NCBI GenBank assembly: GCA_028534125.1
Contig: CM052832.1
Location: 8,248,001-8,312,000 of the forward strand
Direction: 5' to 3'
DNA: 64,000 nt
Origin: Lama glama
Lineage: Eukaryota
Of the stretch, positions 45,794 through 58,785 are shown in pieces. Position 1 is the stretch's first letter; each line of letters begins with the position of its first letter. The notes beneath the pieces were generated by a model. It was not told where the DNA came from. It made no database searches and was given only the letters and a program-made list of their open reading frames with translations. The position numbers and the translations under genes were made by a program.

Positions 45794-48469
45794 CCAGTCT
45801 CTCTGTCCAGCTTCTCCACCCCTTCTCCAATAGCATCTGGTGGGAGCAGCCCAGGACCCTGTGACTTGTAGTTCTGGCGGGACTGCCAACCATTGTCTCC
45901 ATGCTCCTGGCCACAGGAAGACCTGAGATCAGAGACGGCCAGTTCCAGAATCCTATCCCCTTGGCCAGAATGATGGGTCCCAGGACAGGCATGTGATCCA
46001 AGACCTTCCCTGGATTTCACATACCGCCACTAAGGAGGAGAGATGCTCTGTATACCTCAGTAAAGGGCAGGAAAAGGGTTGTGGTGAAAATCAAGGGAGC
46101 TAATAATACACATGATATAAAGTGTTTCATGCCTCCCTAAGTGCTCAGTGGATGTTTGCTTCTATTTTCTTTTTCCTTCCCAATCATACATCCCAGAGAG
46201 CTCAGGCTAGTCCAGGCCCCTCGTGGTGCGGGGGACAGTGGGGCCTGGAGAGAGAGCCTGTGGCTTGCTTCCTCCCTAAGTCTTTTGACTCCTGGGCAGA
46301 TTCTCACCCCACTGCACTGCTCTGGGGTGAAAGGTAGCTTTCCCATAGTGATGGGTGTGCGTGGCTCTTTCTTACGCAAACTGTAACTCTGAAGATCCTC
46401 AGATCCTCAGCTGGCTGGCTCTGTCGTGGCCTGCTGAGCAGAGAGGCAGTGATGCCTCGGCCCGCTGAAGGGACGGTGGCCAAGCTTAGGCTTGGCGCCT
46501 CCCACCTCACAGCCTCCCCGACAAGTCTCCTCCCGCCCCTGCGCTGAGGCTCTGGCAGCTGCGGGCTCCTTCTGCGTCCCTGCCCTGCCACAGCCTGGCA
46601 CACGAGCCACCACGGGCCATGCCAGGCCGTGGGTCACTCTGCCCAAACCGCTGCATGTTTCAGAGTAACCTCTGCTGTTCCCGTGGGAGTGGGACAACCA
46701 GGAAAAGGCCTCGAAAACCAACCTGGAAGGCTTTTCAAACAAAAGAATGTGATTTCCTTCAGGGGAGGGAGGGAAAAGGGAAAGAATACCCCCCACGGTC
46801 CTTGTTGGCTCCAAGTGCCCCAGTCACCGTCTTGGGTGCATTTAGTGGTTTGGCAACGCTGGGTGTATTTTAAAATCTGCTGTTCAGGCAGAGAGACAAA
46901 GGAGGCTGGTATGGGGCCAGGGGAGACCTCAGAGGACAGGGGTATTCATCTTGTTAAAAATAGCCCACCCCGTTGCTATTTCTATTGAGCTTGGCAAACA
47001 GAGCTGTATGATTTTCCCTTTTTTCGGCCATGCTTTGCTTGGACCATCTGATAAAAATAGTAGATAACAAGTTCAAAAAAAGCTGGGATATTTTTACATG
47101 TAAGCCCCACTTGGAGTGGGCCTGAAGTAGGGTGGCCAGGGAGCAGTGGGGGTGGACACGGAGGGGAGAAGCCTGGGGAGTTGGATGGAGGCAGTGCTCA
47201 TGACCACAGAGGACCAGGGAAGGGAGGAGGGCAGAACTCAGCCCAGGGAGGAGATGTGGGAAGGGATGTGATGCTTTCTCCTGAGTCCACAGCTCAGGGT
47301 CGACAAACAGAAGCTGGGCCCTCCTGACCCACCATGGACTTTGCAGTTTCTCAGACCCTGCCACCCCAGCCCCGACCTTCAGCACTGTTCCCACTACCCT
47401 CTCAGCATTGACAGCCTGGGCTGGACAGGAAGCAGGCACTGGGCATACCTTTGGGCTGGGTTAGCAGCACTAGAGCCTATGGCTGGAGGAATACCCGAGA
47501 CCCAAAGTGATGTGAAGACACAGCAGAGGCTGCTTGAACTGGGGGAGTTTCCAGGGCAGAGGGAGACTGGCTGGGAGGCCCCATGAGGGTCAGCCTCCAG
47601 GGCCAGAGGCAGAGGCCTCCTACCCTTTCAGCTAGAGATTAGGGCAGCCCCCAGCTCACACACCAACTCGTGGAGAGGAGGGCTATGGGGTGGGGACTGT
47701 AGGGCCCCTGGATGAAATCTTCATAACTTAAGCCCTTGTGCGTGTGAGCCTAGGGACTCCCCACAGGTAGAAGACTTGTTTCCCCATCAGATCCTCACTT
47801 TCCCTAAGAAAAGAAATACTTTCCCCACGTATTTTGAATAAACAGATAGAAGAGTGTCAATGTGAGGGCACAGCAGGGCTAGACCAAGGCTTCAGGCTTC
47901 TAGGCCAATGTCCCCCAGGGAGGGTGAATGTCCCCAGCTGTTTCCAGAGCCGTCCCTTGTCTAGCAGGACCATTGTCTGGCCACAGCCAGGAGGGCCAGT
48001 CTTGCAGACCTTGTTGCCACCAGCATCTGCCTGAGACCTGGATTCCCCACCCCAGGTGTGTTCCCCATCTTTACTTCCAATAGTCATCCCCAAGGGAGCT
48101 CCGTGAGCTGTGGACTCCTCGCTGTCACCTCCCCCTTCCTTGTCCTAGGTGCTGTTGGCTTTGTAGAAGCAGCTGGCAGTCCACTGTCTGGGGTGCTGGG
48201 CCCCCTTGACTGGCAGGGTCAGTTTCTCAGCTGAGACTTCAATGCAGGTAAATGCAAACAAATAAACAGGAGGCCAAAGGGCACCTCTGTCCAGGGGCAT
48301 GGGAGCAGGGGCAGTGAGAGGGAGGAGAACGTCCAGCTGAGCCCTAAAACACTCCCCTGGAGCCAGCTGGCCCCTCAGATCTCCTTGGGTTCTCTGGGCT
48401 CAGTTAATTCCACTTTGAATACATGGTTCCCAGTGCAGTGTTTCCTGGGGGTTAATAATGACGAAGAGT

Positions 48470-48660
48470 TGGCACTGAGTGAGCACCTAATGTGTGTGTG
48501 CCAGGCACTATGCTATGTCTCATGTAGGCATCACAAATCCCACCAGGTATGTAGCTGAGTGTTATTATCAACCTTGTTTTCCAGATAGAAAATAGAGACT
48601 CAGAGAGGTTAAGTAACCTGTCCAGGGGCACACAGCTAGAAAATGGCCAAGCAGGAATCT
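48470..48660 (-). mobile_element. MIR SINE
   Basis: GTGCCAGGCACTATGCTA..GACTCAGAGAGGTTAAGTAACCTGTCCAGG..ACACAGCTAG. Confidence 0.8.
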
Positions 48661-48664
48661 GACT

Positions 48665-49385
48665 GTTTTCTGTCCACTGTTCACATGCCACAGCTGCCCC
48701 TTATTCAAGCCACCATCATCTCTCACCTGGGCTGCTGCAGGGCCTCCTCACTGGCTTCCTGCTTCCACCCTCACTTGTCCCTTGTAGTCAATTATCCACA
48801 CAGCAGCCAGAGTGAGTCTGTTAAAATATAAGTCAGATCACGTTCCTCTTCCTCTCACTTCACTTGTGGCTGTACTATGACCAGTGAGGTCCCATGTGAT
48901 CTGCTCCCCTGCTGCCTCCCTGACCTCTGTCCCTCCACTTGCCCCTTCACTCTACTCTTGCTGCACTGGCCTCAGCATCGATCCTTCAACACAAGCACAC
49001 ACCTGCCTCAGGACTTTTGCACTTACTGTTCCTGCTGCCTAAAATGTTCTTCCCCATATATTCAGTCAATTCACTCCCTCCAGTCTCTGCTCAAATGTCA
49101 CCTTTTCAGAGAAAGCTTACATGCCCTTCCTGCGTAAAATTGCCTCCCATCTCCTTTCTACTCTTCGCCCCCCTTGCCCTGTCTTATGTTGCTTTGGAGC
49201 AACTATGGCTACTGATGTGTACGCACATGTTTATCTGGTTTTTGACTACCTTCACCTACAAGAATGTGAGCTCCAGGAAGAAGGGGTTTTTATCTGTTTT
49301 GTTCATTGTTATATCCCCAGAACCTAGAATGGTGCCTGGCACATAGTAGGTGCTTAATATATAGTTATTGAACAGACTAATTAAA
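48665..49385 (+). mobile_element. L2 LINE 3' ~700 bp (L2a-like)
   Basis: CAAGCCACCATCATCTCTCACCTGG..CACACAGCAGCCAGAGTG..GTCTCTGCTCAAATGTCACC..AGAATGTGAGCTCC..GTGCCTGGCACATAGTAGGTGCTTAATA. Confidence 0.9.
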
Positions 49386-50689
49386 GATTGAACAGTTCTA
49401 GAGATGGAGTTCTACACTTTGCTGTTCCACCTCCATGCTTGCTCTCCTCAAATTCTTCTTGTGGGCACAGGTTATGGCAGGACTTTCGTGCAGATTAGGG
49501 GCCCCTCAAGCTGAGGACCGACTGTAGTTCCTGTTTATCCCACTTCCCACCCCCATCTTCATCCAGCACCAAGTACATACAGCCTTAAGCACACAGAGGG
49601 TGGCCAAGCAAAGTCTGTGGAAACATAGGGCTTTGCATACTGGACTTCTTCCCTCGCTAGGAGCTGGCCAGCTGCTGAGGAAGGGTATTCTGGACATTCT
49701 GGACATTCTGGGTGATCATCCAGCAGTGACCAGTGGGGCCCTACTCTGGCAGGCACTGCTTTGGGCTCAGATCCTGGTGCACCTCGTTGTGCTGCCTCAT
49801 TCGTGTGCATGAAGGTCCACTGACCCAAACTGGACTGTCAGGTAACCAGACTCTTGGCCAACCCTGTGCTGGGGCAGGCTGCTCTACTGCACCTCTGCCA
49901 GCACCCCCACGTGGCAGCTCAGGCCCCTGCCCTTGCCTGCCGTGGCCTAGAGTCTACCTCCTCCCCAGCTCCTCCCTGGGGAAATGGGGGGCGGGGGACA
50001 GGCCTGCTCTCCGCTCAGATTCTACTCCTGCATCCTGAGCAAAGCACTTGGACTCTCGGGACCTTGGTTTCCTGGGCTGATTGATCATGGAGAGCCTAGG
50101 GCGAGCTTCTGCTTCCCTTTAAGCAAATCTAGATTTGTACGAAAGTTCCCTCAAGGAATTAGCTCTCTACTTTTACACAGTGATTCACCACAGATCTCTG
50201 TACACAGCCAATGACCCCATGACTTACAATATAGGATGCAAGTTACATAAAATTCTGATAGAGGCTGATTTCCAGAACTTGGTACTGGCCGCACCTGCCC
50301 CTGCCCTCCTGAGTCTCTAGGGGACTGTGTGGAGAAGGCCAGCATATTAATAGAAGAAATTTGGCAGGTTCTTTGAGTGAAATTGAGGTGACCTGGTCCC
50401 TCTCAGGCCACCTGTCTGTGCTCTGGGGGCTGTGGGGTTCTGTCTGTTTCTGGCGTGATCTAAGCATTGCTAGGCATCTGAGGGCTAGGGCAGTCAGGGT
50501 TGACAGTGCTGGGCCGAGGACAGGACGGCTTGGGGGCATGCTTCTCCTGGACCCTGGGAAAGGCAGACATCTAGGAACCCTGGCTGCTCTCCTGGAACTC
50601 CCTGCATAGGGACAGATTAGGCCTCCAGACTGTGAAAAGAAAGGTGGTCTCTTAGTGTAAGTAAGGCCTGACATTTGGGAGGTGGTTCT

Positions 50690-50825
50690 TGGTTTCTTCA
50701 TCTAGAAAGCATTTATAGAATGCCACAAGTGCCAGGGATGGTACCAAGAGCTGGTAGAAAAACACAGATCCAGCCCTGCCCTGGAGGGGCTCACAGTCTG
50801 TGGAGGAGACAGATATTAGGCTCTG
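50690..50825 (-). mobile_element. L2 3'-end fragment
   Basis: CCCTGCCCTGGAGGGGCTCACAGTCTGTGGAGGAGACAG. Confidence 0.7.
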
Positions 50826-51239
50826 GAACAAAACTAGCCCTTGGTAAGGCCATGGGAGGCACACAGAGCAGCTGCCTCTTAGGGCTTTTACAGACCTTGC
50901 TCCAGTGCTGTTACATTGGAATTGTCATGCCCACTTCACAGATGTGGAAATGGAGGCCTGGAGAGGTTGGTTTATAAATGGCAAAAACAAAACCCAAACT
51001 AGCTCTCCTGGCTCCAGGTTGATGTTCCTACATCTCCTTAAAGTTGTTCCCCTAGAGACTTCCTTCCTCCTCGCCTCTACACTTAAACTTGAACTTGTGT
51101 TTTTAGGAGAGGGAGTAGAGTTTCTCTAGGACTTCCATTTCTCTCCTGGATCCTTTATTCCAAAGGAAGCGATCTGCAAGATGATGAGTGGGATGTAGAG
51201 GTTCAAATCTTGAAAAGAAAACAAAGCCGTTCTGGTAAA

Positions 51240-51480
51240 AGATAGTGATTTAGAGCAAGGACTCTGGAGCCAGACCAAGTCTGTTTAGATCCCAGCTCTG
51301 CTAACCTCTCAGCTCTGTGACACTGCTTTACCTTTCTATGCCTCAGTTTTCTATTCTGTAAAATGGGGGGATAATAGTACCAATCTCCTAGGGTTATGAG
51401 ATAATCCTTCAGTGAATTGACAAGGGTGAGATTCCTGGAACAGTGCAGGGCACAGAGAGAGCCCCAGACAAGCATTAACA
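51240..51480 (+). mobile_element. MIR SINE, near full length
   Basis: AGAGCAAGGACTCTGGAGCCAGAC..GCCTCAGTTTTCTATTCTGTAAAATGGGGGATAATAGTACC. Confidence 0.85.
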
Positions 51481-51850
51481 TTAGATCAGCAGGATTTCCA
51501 GCACCATGTTTGACCCCTGGTGATATGAACCCAGAGCTTTTACATTAAAAAAAAGAGAGAGAGAGAAGCTAGTAAGCTAGAACTAGAAATCAAATCCACT
51601 TAGCATTTATTGCACTGTGTTTAGTTCCCAGTTTTCTGTCTGACTCCCCCACAAGGCTAATAGCATTTAGGAATTTTTAACCTAGGTTGGTGACATAGGC
51701 AGTTTTCTGGGAGAGTGGGTGCATACTGTTCTTCACTCATCAAGAAGATTTTTGCTCCCCAAAAGGTTAAGAACTTCCATTTCTCATTTCTTTAGCCCCT
51801 CAGAGCCGAGCAAAATGCCAAGTGCTTGTCAGGTACTCAGACACATTTAT

Positions 51851-51880
51851 TGAATGAATGAATGAATGAATGAATGAATG
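51851..51880. repeat. (TGAA)7 microsatellite, expanded L2 tail
   Basis: Perfect TGAA x7.5 following a decayed L2 3' terminus (AGGTACTCAGACACATTTATTGAA). Confidence 0.9.
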
Positions 51881-53229
51881 CACAAATGAACAAACCAAGG
51901 AATGGAGGAAGGAACAAATAAACCAAGCAAACACTGAGGGAGGGAGCGATTGAGTCAATAAGTGAATCTGAAGGAAACAGGATCCTTTGTCTTGATTCTC
52001 TTTATTACTCTGGAAGAAAACCAACAGCCAGGGAGGGAGACCCTCACTGCAGGGGGCCATGGTGGAGGATAAGAGTGAACTCTGTTTTTGTTTGCCTTCC
52101 ACCACTGGGGAGCGAGCCACGTCCACACTCCTCACCCCCTCTAAAGCCTCCTCATTCAGGGCCCACTCCTCCACACCTGGACCCTCTCAGAGGGGGCCCC
52201 TCTCTGCATCACTGGAGCAGAGAGCACCCCTTTTCTTCAGGTGCCTGCCAGGGCCTGGGAGGGTTGGAGGAAGGGCTGGAAGGAGGCCTGAGAGGACCTG
52301 TTGGGACCGTTCTGGCTTCTTCTTCTCCGAGCCCTCTGAGGGCCAGTGGAAGCCTGGCACCCAGTAGGTGCTTGGAAGATGGCTGGAAATGGCAGAGAGC
52401 CCAGCTTTCAGGGGGACGCTCCCTCCCCGTGTCCCACAAGTCTGCCAGCTGCTCTGCGCTATTGAACCAGTGGTCCCGGTCAGTATGGGCTACTCCCAGG
52501 CCTTGAGCCCATGCCTGTAAACACCCTCCTAGGGGTCACTCCCCCCAGTACTGGAAGCTCTGGCTTTCCCAGCAAGGGCCCCAAGGGGGAAATGGCCAGT
52601 AGGGTAGGGGATAGGGGCCAGAGCCTCGGTCACTCTGCCGGTGGCTGGCATGGTGGGGCGCCGACTGGCAAGGGGCACCTCCCCCTTCCCCACACAGAGC
52701 TGGCAGGACAGTGTCTTCTTCAGCCACAGCCTGCAGAAAGCATGTTCCCCTCAGAGACATGGGCCACTGGCCAGTCCACTGGGGACATCCCTCAGGGAAG
52801 GGAGGGGTGGGAGGGGCAGGGCGGGCACCCAGGCTGGCGCACTGTGGCCAGCCACCCTGCTCCGCGGACTGGCGGTTTTCCCGTCTGGCTCCCTGTGGCC
52901 CAGACGGCCCCAACACGTCACTGTGGGGCAAGCGGGCTCCCGCCCAAACTCGAACTCACAGCTCAAGCTGCCCGAGGCTCCGAGCCAGGGCCCAAAGAGG
53001 AGGGACAGGGAGAGAACAGAGGCCTCTGGAGCCGGAGCGGAGCTCCTGGGTGTGGCTCACAGTCAGGACAGAGCAGGGAGGGTGTTGACCCAGAGGTGGG
53101 GAACACTCACAGGGGCAGATCCATCTGCAGGGTTCCTGGAGGGGATGGGGCAGAAATGGAAGAGAAGCTGGGGGAAAGAAGGGGGAAATCTTCACAGAGG
53201 AAAGGACAGGAAGCTGGGTGGCCAACCAG

Positions 53230-53470
53230 GGCACTCCTGCCTTTCCTCGCGTACCTTGTGACCCTCCCCAATTCCATCAAACTTCCCACAAGAGGCCAAG
53301 GCTCTCCTGCCCCTGGGCCTTTGCACATGCAATTCCCCCCACTGGAAGTGCCTTCCCAACCCTTCCTCCCAACTCCATCCTTCAAGGCCAGCTCCCATGT
53401 TGGTCCCTCTGTAAAGTCTTCCCTGATTCTCCCCAACTAGAGGCAGCGTCCCCTTCTGAACTCTCAGAGC
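53230..53470 (+). mobile_element. L2 fragment
   Basis: GGGCCTTTGCACATGC..TCCATCCTTCAAGGCCAGCTC..AAAGTCTTCCCTGA. Confidence 0.7.
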
Positions 53471-53659
53471 ACGTGGTTTACATAGCCCATTCTTTCTGCT
53501 TTGCCTCCCACATATTCATTCATTCATGCAGGCAATTGCCAAACTTTAAGCAGCCACTGTATCAGGTGTTAGGGGGATGCTTCCTGCTCTCAAGGAGATG
53601 GTGATTGTGGGGAGAGAGAAACAAAAGCAAATAACTCTTCTACAGTGGCAGAAGTGCTA

Positions 53660-54040
53660 GAATCCAGCTTAGTAAGCATTTAAATGAGCACCTACCACAT
53701 GCTTGGCAGGAAATAGGTACTTTTGAAAAATAGTCCTGACCCTCACAATGAGTGAAGGGACCAGGACAATGAAGAGAGCTAAGTTCCTGATGGAGGTGGG
53801 TCCAGGGGGCCTTAGGAGGGAAGAACATCTAGATTTGGCCAGGGATCAGAGGTAATACCTGAGCTGAGGGTCCAAAGATGAGCAGGCCTCAGCCAAAAAA
53901 AGGTGGTTGGGAAAGGGCTTTCCAGGCTGAGGAAACAGCATTGCTAAGGTACAGACTTGGCAAGTTGAGGTACTACAGTTTGGGGAGCCTGTTTAGCTGG
54001 AGTCATAGACAGTATGAGAGGCCTGTAACTAGGGAGTGGT
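53660..54040 (-). mobile_element. L2 fragment
   Basis: AAGCATTTAAATGAGCACCTAC..CCTGAGCTGAG..TTCCAGGCTGAGGAAACAGCA. Confidence 0.65.
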
Positions 54041-54084
54041 GCTGGGACCGGAGCACCAAGGCAACCACATCTGGAGCTGGGGCC

Positions 54085-54490
54085 CAAGATGGCTGTTTGC
54101 CCCCAGGCCCGTTCTCTACCTTTCTGTGCTCTGGGAGGCTGGCTCCCATGGACAGCATCACCCCAAATCCCCTGCCTTCTGGCTTCGGGTTGAATTGAAC
54201 CAATGGGAGGTACCAGCAGGTGATCTGAGGTTGGGAGGAGAGGACCCCCAGCAGCCTTGCTAGACCACAGTTTGGCAGTGGGTTGTGTCTATCTATGGCC
54301 ACACATCCTGGCAGGTGGCCCCTCTCCTGCAGCAATGGCCACCTCCCTGGCCCCTTCATGCTGAGCAGTGTCTCCAACCTATGTTTGTTCCCTCAGCTTT
54401 GCTCACACCCCTGTAAATGGTCCTGCATCCAACTCTCTTCAGTTATCCCTTTAAGACAGTCTCAGAACCCTGTTGGGACCCTGACCTTTA
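54085..54490 (+). mobile_element. ERVL solo LTR (LTR33/LTR41-like)
   Basis: CCTTCTGGCTTCGGGTTG..CCAATGGGAGGTACCAGCAGG..AACTCTCTTCAGTTA..CTGTTGGGACCCTGAC. Confidence 0.7.
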
Positions 54491-54559
54491 AGACTTGATT
54501 CTGATGGCCTGGGAGGAGCACCAGAGGGTTTTAGGACAGAAAAAGAGTTTGAGGAAGTA

Positions 54560-55290
54560 ATGGGGGTTCCACTGAGGCTGCACTTTGTGGGCCAGAGAAG
54601 CAGAGGAAGGTATTCTGGACAGAGGGGAAAGCTGCCACAGCACAGAGGTAGGAAAGTGCGAGGGTGATGGAGCTCAGGGCGTGGGGACAGAAGGCACAGG
54701 GAGCAGGAAGGGCGGGAGACAAGAGGGAAGGTCCCTGCCGTGTTCTGAGAAGTTTGCTCTTTGTCTCATAGATGGTGGGAAGTGTCAGAGCTTTTTAAAG
54801 CATGACACACTGTGCATCTTCAGCAATTCACTTGTATCCTGTTGGGGATAGACTGTGGGGTCTGGATGAGAAGCCAGAGAACCTGCTAGAAGCCTGCTAG
54901 AGAAGGCAGCTGTGGGGAGGAAGAAGAGAGCTCAGCTCTGGAGGACTTTACAGGTTTGAAAGGCAGAAAAGACTGGGCCTTGTAGACGCTGGTTGTCTGG
55001 CAATCGGGTTCTGGAGTTGAAACTGGTCTGACTTCACAGGTGAGCAGGGAAGCCAGAAGGGGAGCCAGTCTGGCGGGTGGGGCGGGGAGGACAGCCGAGG
55101 GAGGGAGGGGCGGGAGAGAGGTGAGGGCTGGAGACAGGCCCTGTGGGTGAAGGTGGTGGCAGGGGCCAGAGAGGTGGATGATATCCTGGGCCTTCTCCCT
55201 ACAAAGCAGGCAGAGAAAAAGGCCAAAGAAATCAGAAAGCACAGGATGTCCTGGGAGCTGAGGGAAGAACATCTAGCTAGTGTAGAAAGG
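54560..55290 (-). mobile_element. L2 fragments
   Basis: GATGGTGGGAAGTGTCAGAGCTTTTTAAGCA..GGGTTCTGGAG..GAGGTGAGGGCTGGAGAC..GTGGATGATATC. Confidence 0.6.
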
Positions 55291-58200
55291 AGCCCACTTA
55301 TTCCAGGACAGACAGCCCGCCACACCCAGGGGTAAACACCCACCATCTCAAGGGCAAATGTCCCACCATGTCCTGAAGCAGGCCAGCCCACTGGGAAAGT
55401 CTCCATTTCTGTGCACTACAAATCTCTGAGACACTTTTGAGGGAATGGGACAAACATTTCTTAAATTATTATCTTATTTAACCCACATATGAAGTGCCTC
55501 AGAGAGATGTAGTAACCTGTCCACATGGCTGGTAACTAGGGGGGGCCGGGATTTGAACCAGGGCAGTCTGGCTGCCTAGCTGTGCATGTTTGTAAATGTT
55601 GCATCAGCTGCCCCCTCAGTGATGATGAGTCTCCTCTCCAGCAACCGGCCTCATGGTCACGCATGCCTCAGCTGCTCTCCTTCCATGTCAGGAGCTCCCA
55701 TCCTTCCTCCCTGCTATAGTTTGGGGCCCCGAGGACTCTTGTCTTCATTGCTCCCGCTATTAGTATTAATCCTGTGGTGGGGGGTGACCCCCGCAGAATC
55801 GCAGCCTGTGCTCCACAGGACAGAGATCTCGGGTTTGAAGACTGCTTCCGCAGCTCCCACTTCTCCTCATCCTCATCTCTGAGCAGGGGTTTCAGGGTCC
55901 CTCTCCATCCTTGTTTCCCAAACCCCAGGTTCTGAAAAACCGAAACGTAAGAAAAAGCCTCATGGGAATTTAGAAGCAAGCTTTGCTTCAAATGAATTCA
56001 TTATGTGAAAACTGAGACCAATGATCATTGACTGATGACAACTCCCCAGCTTCTCCTGCTTCCAGAAGTTACCTGTTGCAGCCCAAGTCCCAGCCCTGAG
56101 ATGCTGTGGTTCCAGGAACTCCTCTGCAAGGCCTTAACCCTCCCGAGGCCGCAAGGTCTCCCTTTGAGATAGTTGCCAGGCCTTCTTCCTTCCTGGTCCC
56201 GTGGACACCACACCCCACCCCCGCCCCTGCATGGGAGGCAGTGGCCAGCCCCACCAGGCCAGATGCACCCCCCTCACACATGGACTCTCACACAGGGACA
56301 CCCCCTGCATCTCCCAGCAGCAGTCCTAATCCTAGACTTATTCAAAACTGAATTATGAGCCTATCCTGTGGAAGCTGAGGCATTGAGGCAGAAGAGGATT
56401 TATTGGCCACATTAAATCATGTGCTTATTTTTAAGGGAGCTGGCCAAGGAGGTGCTCTTCGGCCCTCCTCCTCCTCCCTGGGTCCCACCAAAGTGCCCAC
56501 CCTCTAGCCCACAGAGGCCACCTCTGGAGCTCTGTTAGCTTCTTCCAGAGGCCCACACCAGTCCCCCGACCCCACACTCCTTGTAGTGATGAACAGAGGT
56601 TATTTTAGCCCCATTGCACAGGTAAAGAGACCTGAGGTCTCAGAGAGGGGAGGCAATCTGCCTTGGGTCTTACTACTAGGAGGCAGAAATGGGACAAAGA
56701 GTCTTCTGAACCTGGTGACCCTGTGCCCCTGAGTTTTCAAGCACATGAAAGCTCTGGGGCCCCTTTTCTGGGAAGAGATTCTTAGCCTTAGGTAGAAAGG
56801 GTGCAGGGCCCAGAGCAGGCACAGAGCCCAGCTCTCCCTGTGAGATCGCAGCTATTAAGGTGAGACTCTTAAGAAAGCACGGAGGCCTGGCCTGAGGGAT
56901 TGGGGGAGGAACCCCAGTACCCTGCTCCTCATGCTGGTGGACCACAGCCAAGGGCTGGGGGACAGGCTCACAACCCAGTGTGAAATTCTAACCCAGGACA
57001 AATAACTCAGCCCCAGCCCTCACCTCCAGTCACTCCCAGCCAGTGCCCCCAACTCCACCCTACCCCCCCTTCCCCCTTCTGCATCCCACATTCCTGCTCC
57101 CCATGGCCCTCTGCCCTGTCTACTGTTTACTCTCACACTCCACTCTCTCTGCTCACATTCCTGGCAAATCCCCTCCCAACCCACTGTCTCCAGGCACCCC
57201 CCACTCACCCCTGGCCCCAAGTGCCCCTGGACAGGACAGGCCCTGAACCTGGGACACTATGAGAGTCCTGCCAGATCACCTTCCCAAGGGAACAGACCCC
57301 TGGAGACTGCTGAGCCCAGAGGACTTGACCAGGGCACCCAGGCGGTCAGCAGGCTCTCCATGTTGGTGTTGGCAGGACCTACTGCCTCACACTGCCCCTG
57401 AAAAGAATTCTGAGGCATCTTTGGCTCGGTTTAGCTGGTGTTTCTACAGCTTAGGACTGGAGGAGGTGCAAGGCCAGTGAAGCATCGACCCTTGCTTCAG
57501 CAGACGTCTTGCCCACCAAGAACACACAGTGGTCTAGCTTGAATCTCAGCCCTGTCCAAGTCCTGACAAGGGACCCCTGTTCCACGTGGATAGCATTTAA
57601 AAGTGCTTCTCATTCCTAGTCTTATGAGATGATAACATACCGGTTTGAGTAGGCTTGGTGGGAGGTGGGGGTGGTTATTCACCCATTTTACAGGAAGGGA
57701 GACTGAGGCCCAGAAAGCAGACCCGAGTCCAAGGTGGGAGACGGGGGCACAGCAGGGGCAGGTACCCAGAAGTCCTCATCCCCACCTGGAGTGCCCACCC
57801 CCATCTGGGACATAGATGAGGAGGCTGCCTAGGGTCTGCAGAGCCCTGGTGGACAGACTTTACCTGGGGCAGCTTTCTGTTCAGCCAGGAGATTCCTGCC
57901 ACAGAAGCTCACTCTCATCCTTACCTAACCCAATTCTGACCTGCAGAATTGGGAGGGGAGAAAATGTCCTCTGGAATGGGGGGCTTTTAAGCCACCCCTT
58001 ATAGGACATCCCAGTGGGGCTAGTTGATCTGTGCATTTGTCTTGATAAAGGGCTTCAGTTTCTCCACCAGCTTTCAAGAGCCACTGGCTGGGTCTTCCTG
58101 GGAAAAGCAGTGTCCTGGGCTGAGGAAGCCAGAGAAGAGGGCAGGGAGTGTCTGTGGGTCTCCCTGTCTCCTCTAGGGGAAAGGGGGATGAAGTAAGAGG

Positions 58201-58439
58201 CTGCAGGGGAGAGCCATTGACCCTCCAGTGCCCCTCCATGCTGTTCAGCATCTCCCACAAGAAGGTCTCCACTCCCATCCATGCTGGGGCAGGTCTGACG
58301 ACTGTGGGGGAGTTGACAAAGTTGGACCAAGAGTTCAGGTGTTTCCAAAAGAGGTGGTCAGTCATGAGGGAGTGGCCAGAGGGAGGGAGTGGAGAGAAGT
58401 GAGGACAGAAAAAGTCTGGCAGGAAATTGAGGGGAAGAA

Positions 58440-58785
58440 CACATCAACTGAGTATCATGTTTGTGAGGGGCACTGGGACAGGCAGGCATTGTGTGCATCT
58501 AATTGTAACAACGACCTGGAAGGAAGGAAGGAGCATTCCCATTCTAGGGATGAGAATATTGAGACTGAGAAAGTTAAAGTGACTTTCCTTCAAAGTCATT
58601 CAAAAGCAAATGACCCTCTAAGCTGGAACTCAGACCTAGACTCTGTGATCCCAAGTCCCAAACTCTTTCTTTCCCAACCAGACTATAAGCTCCTTGAGAG
58701 CTGTGACCATTTAGTCCTCTGTCATATCTAGTATTGAGCTCAGGGCTTAATAATACAGTAATAGATGTTCAATAAATATTGTTGC
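58440..58785. mobile_element. MIR (minus) followed by L2 3' end (plus)
   Basis: CCCATTCTAGGGATGAGAATATTGAGACTGAG, then CCAGACTATAAGCTCCTTGAGAGC..TTCAATAAATATTG. Confidence 0.7.

Noticed and set aside
52511..53440. Longest ORF (309 aa) as a protein-coding gene
   Set aside because: G/P/A/R-biased, with overlapping ORFs in several frames and no recognisable domain. Its 3' part runs through an L2 fragment. Expected by chance in GC-rich DNA.
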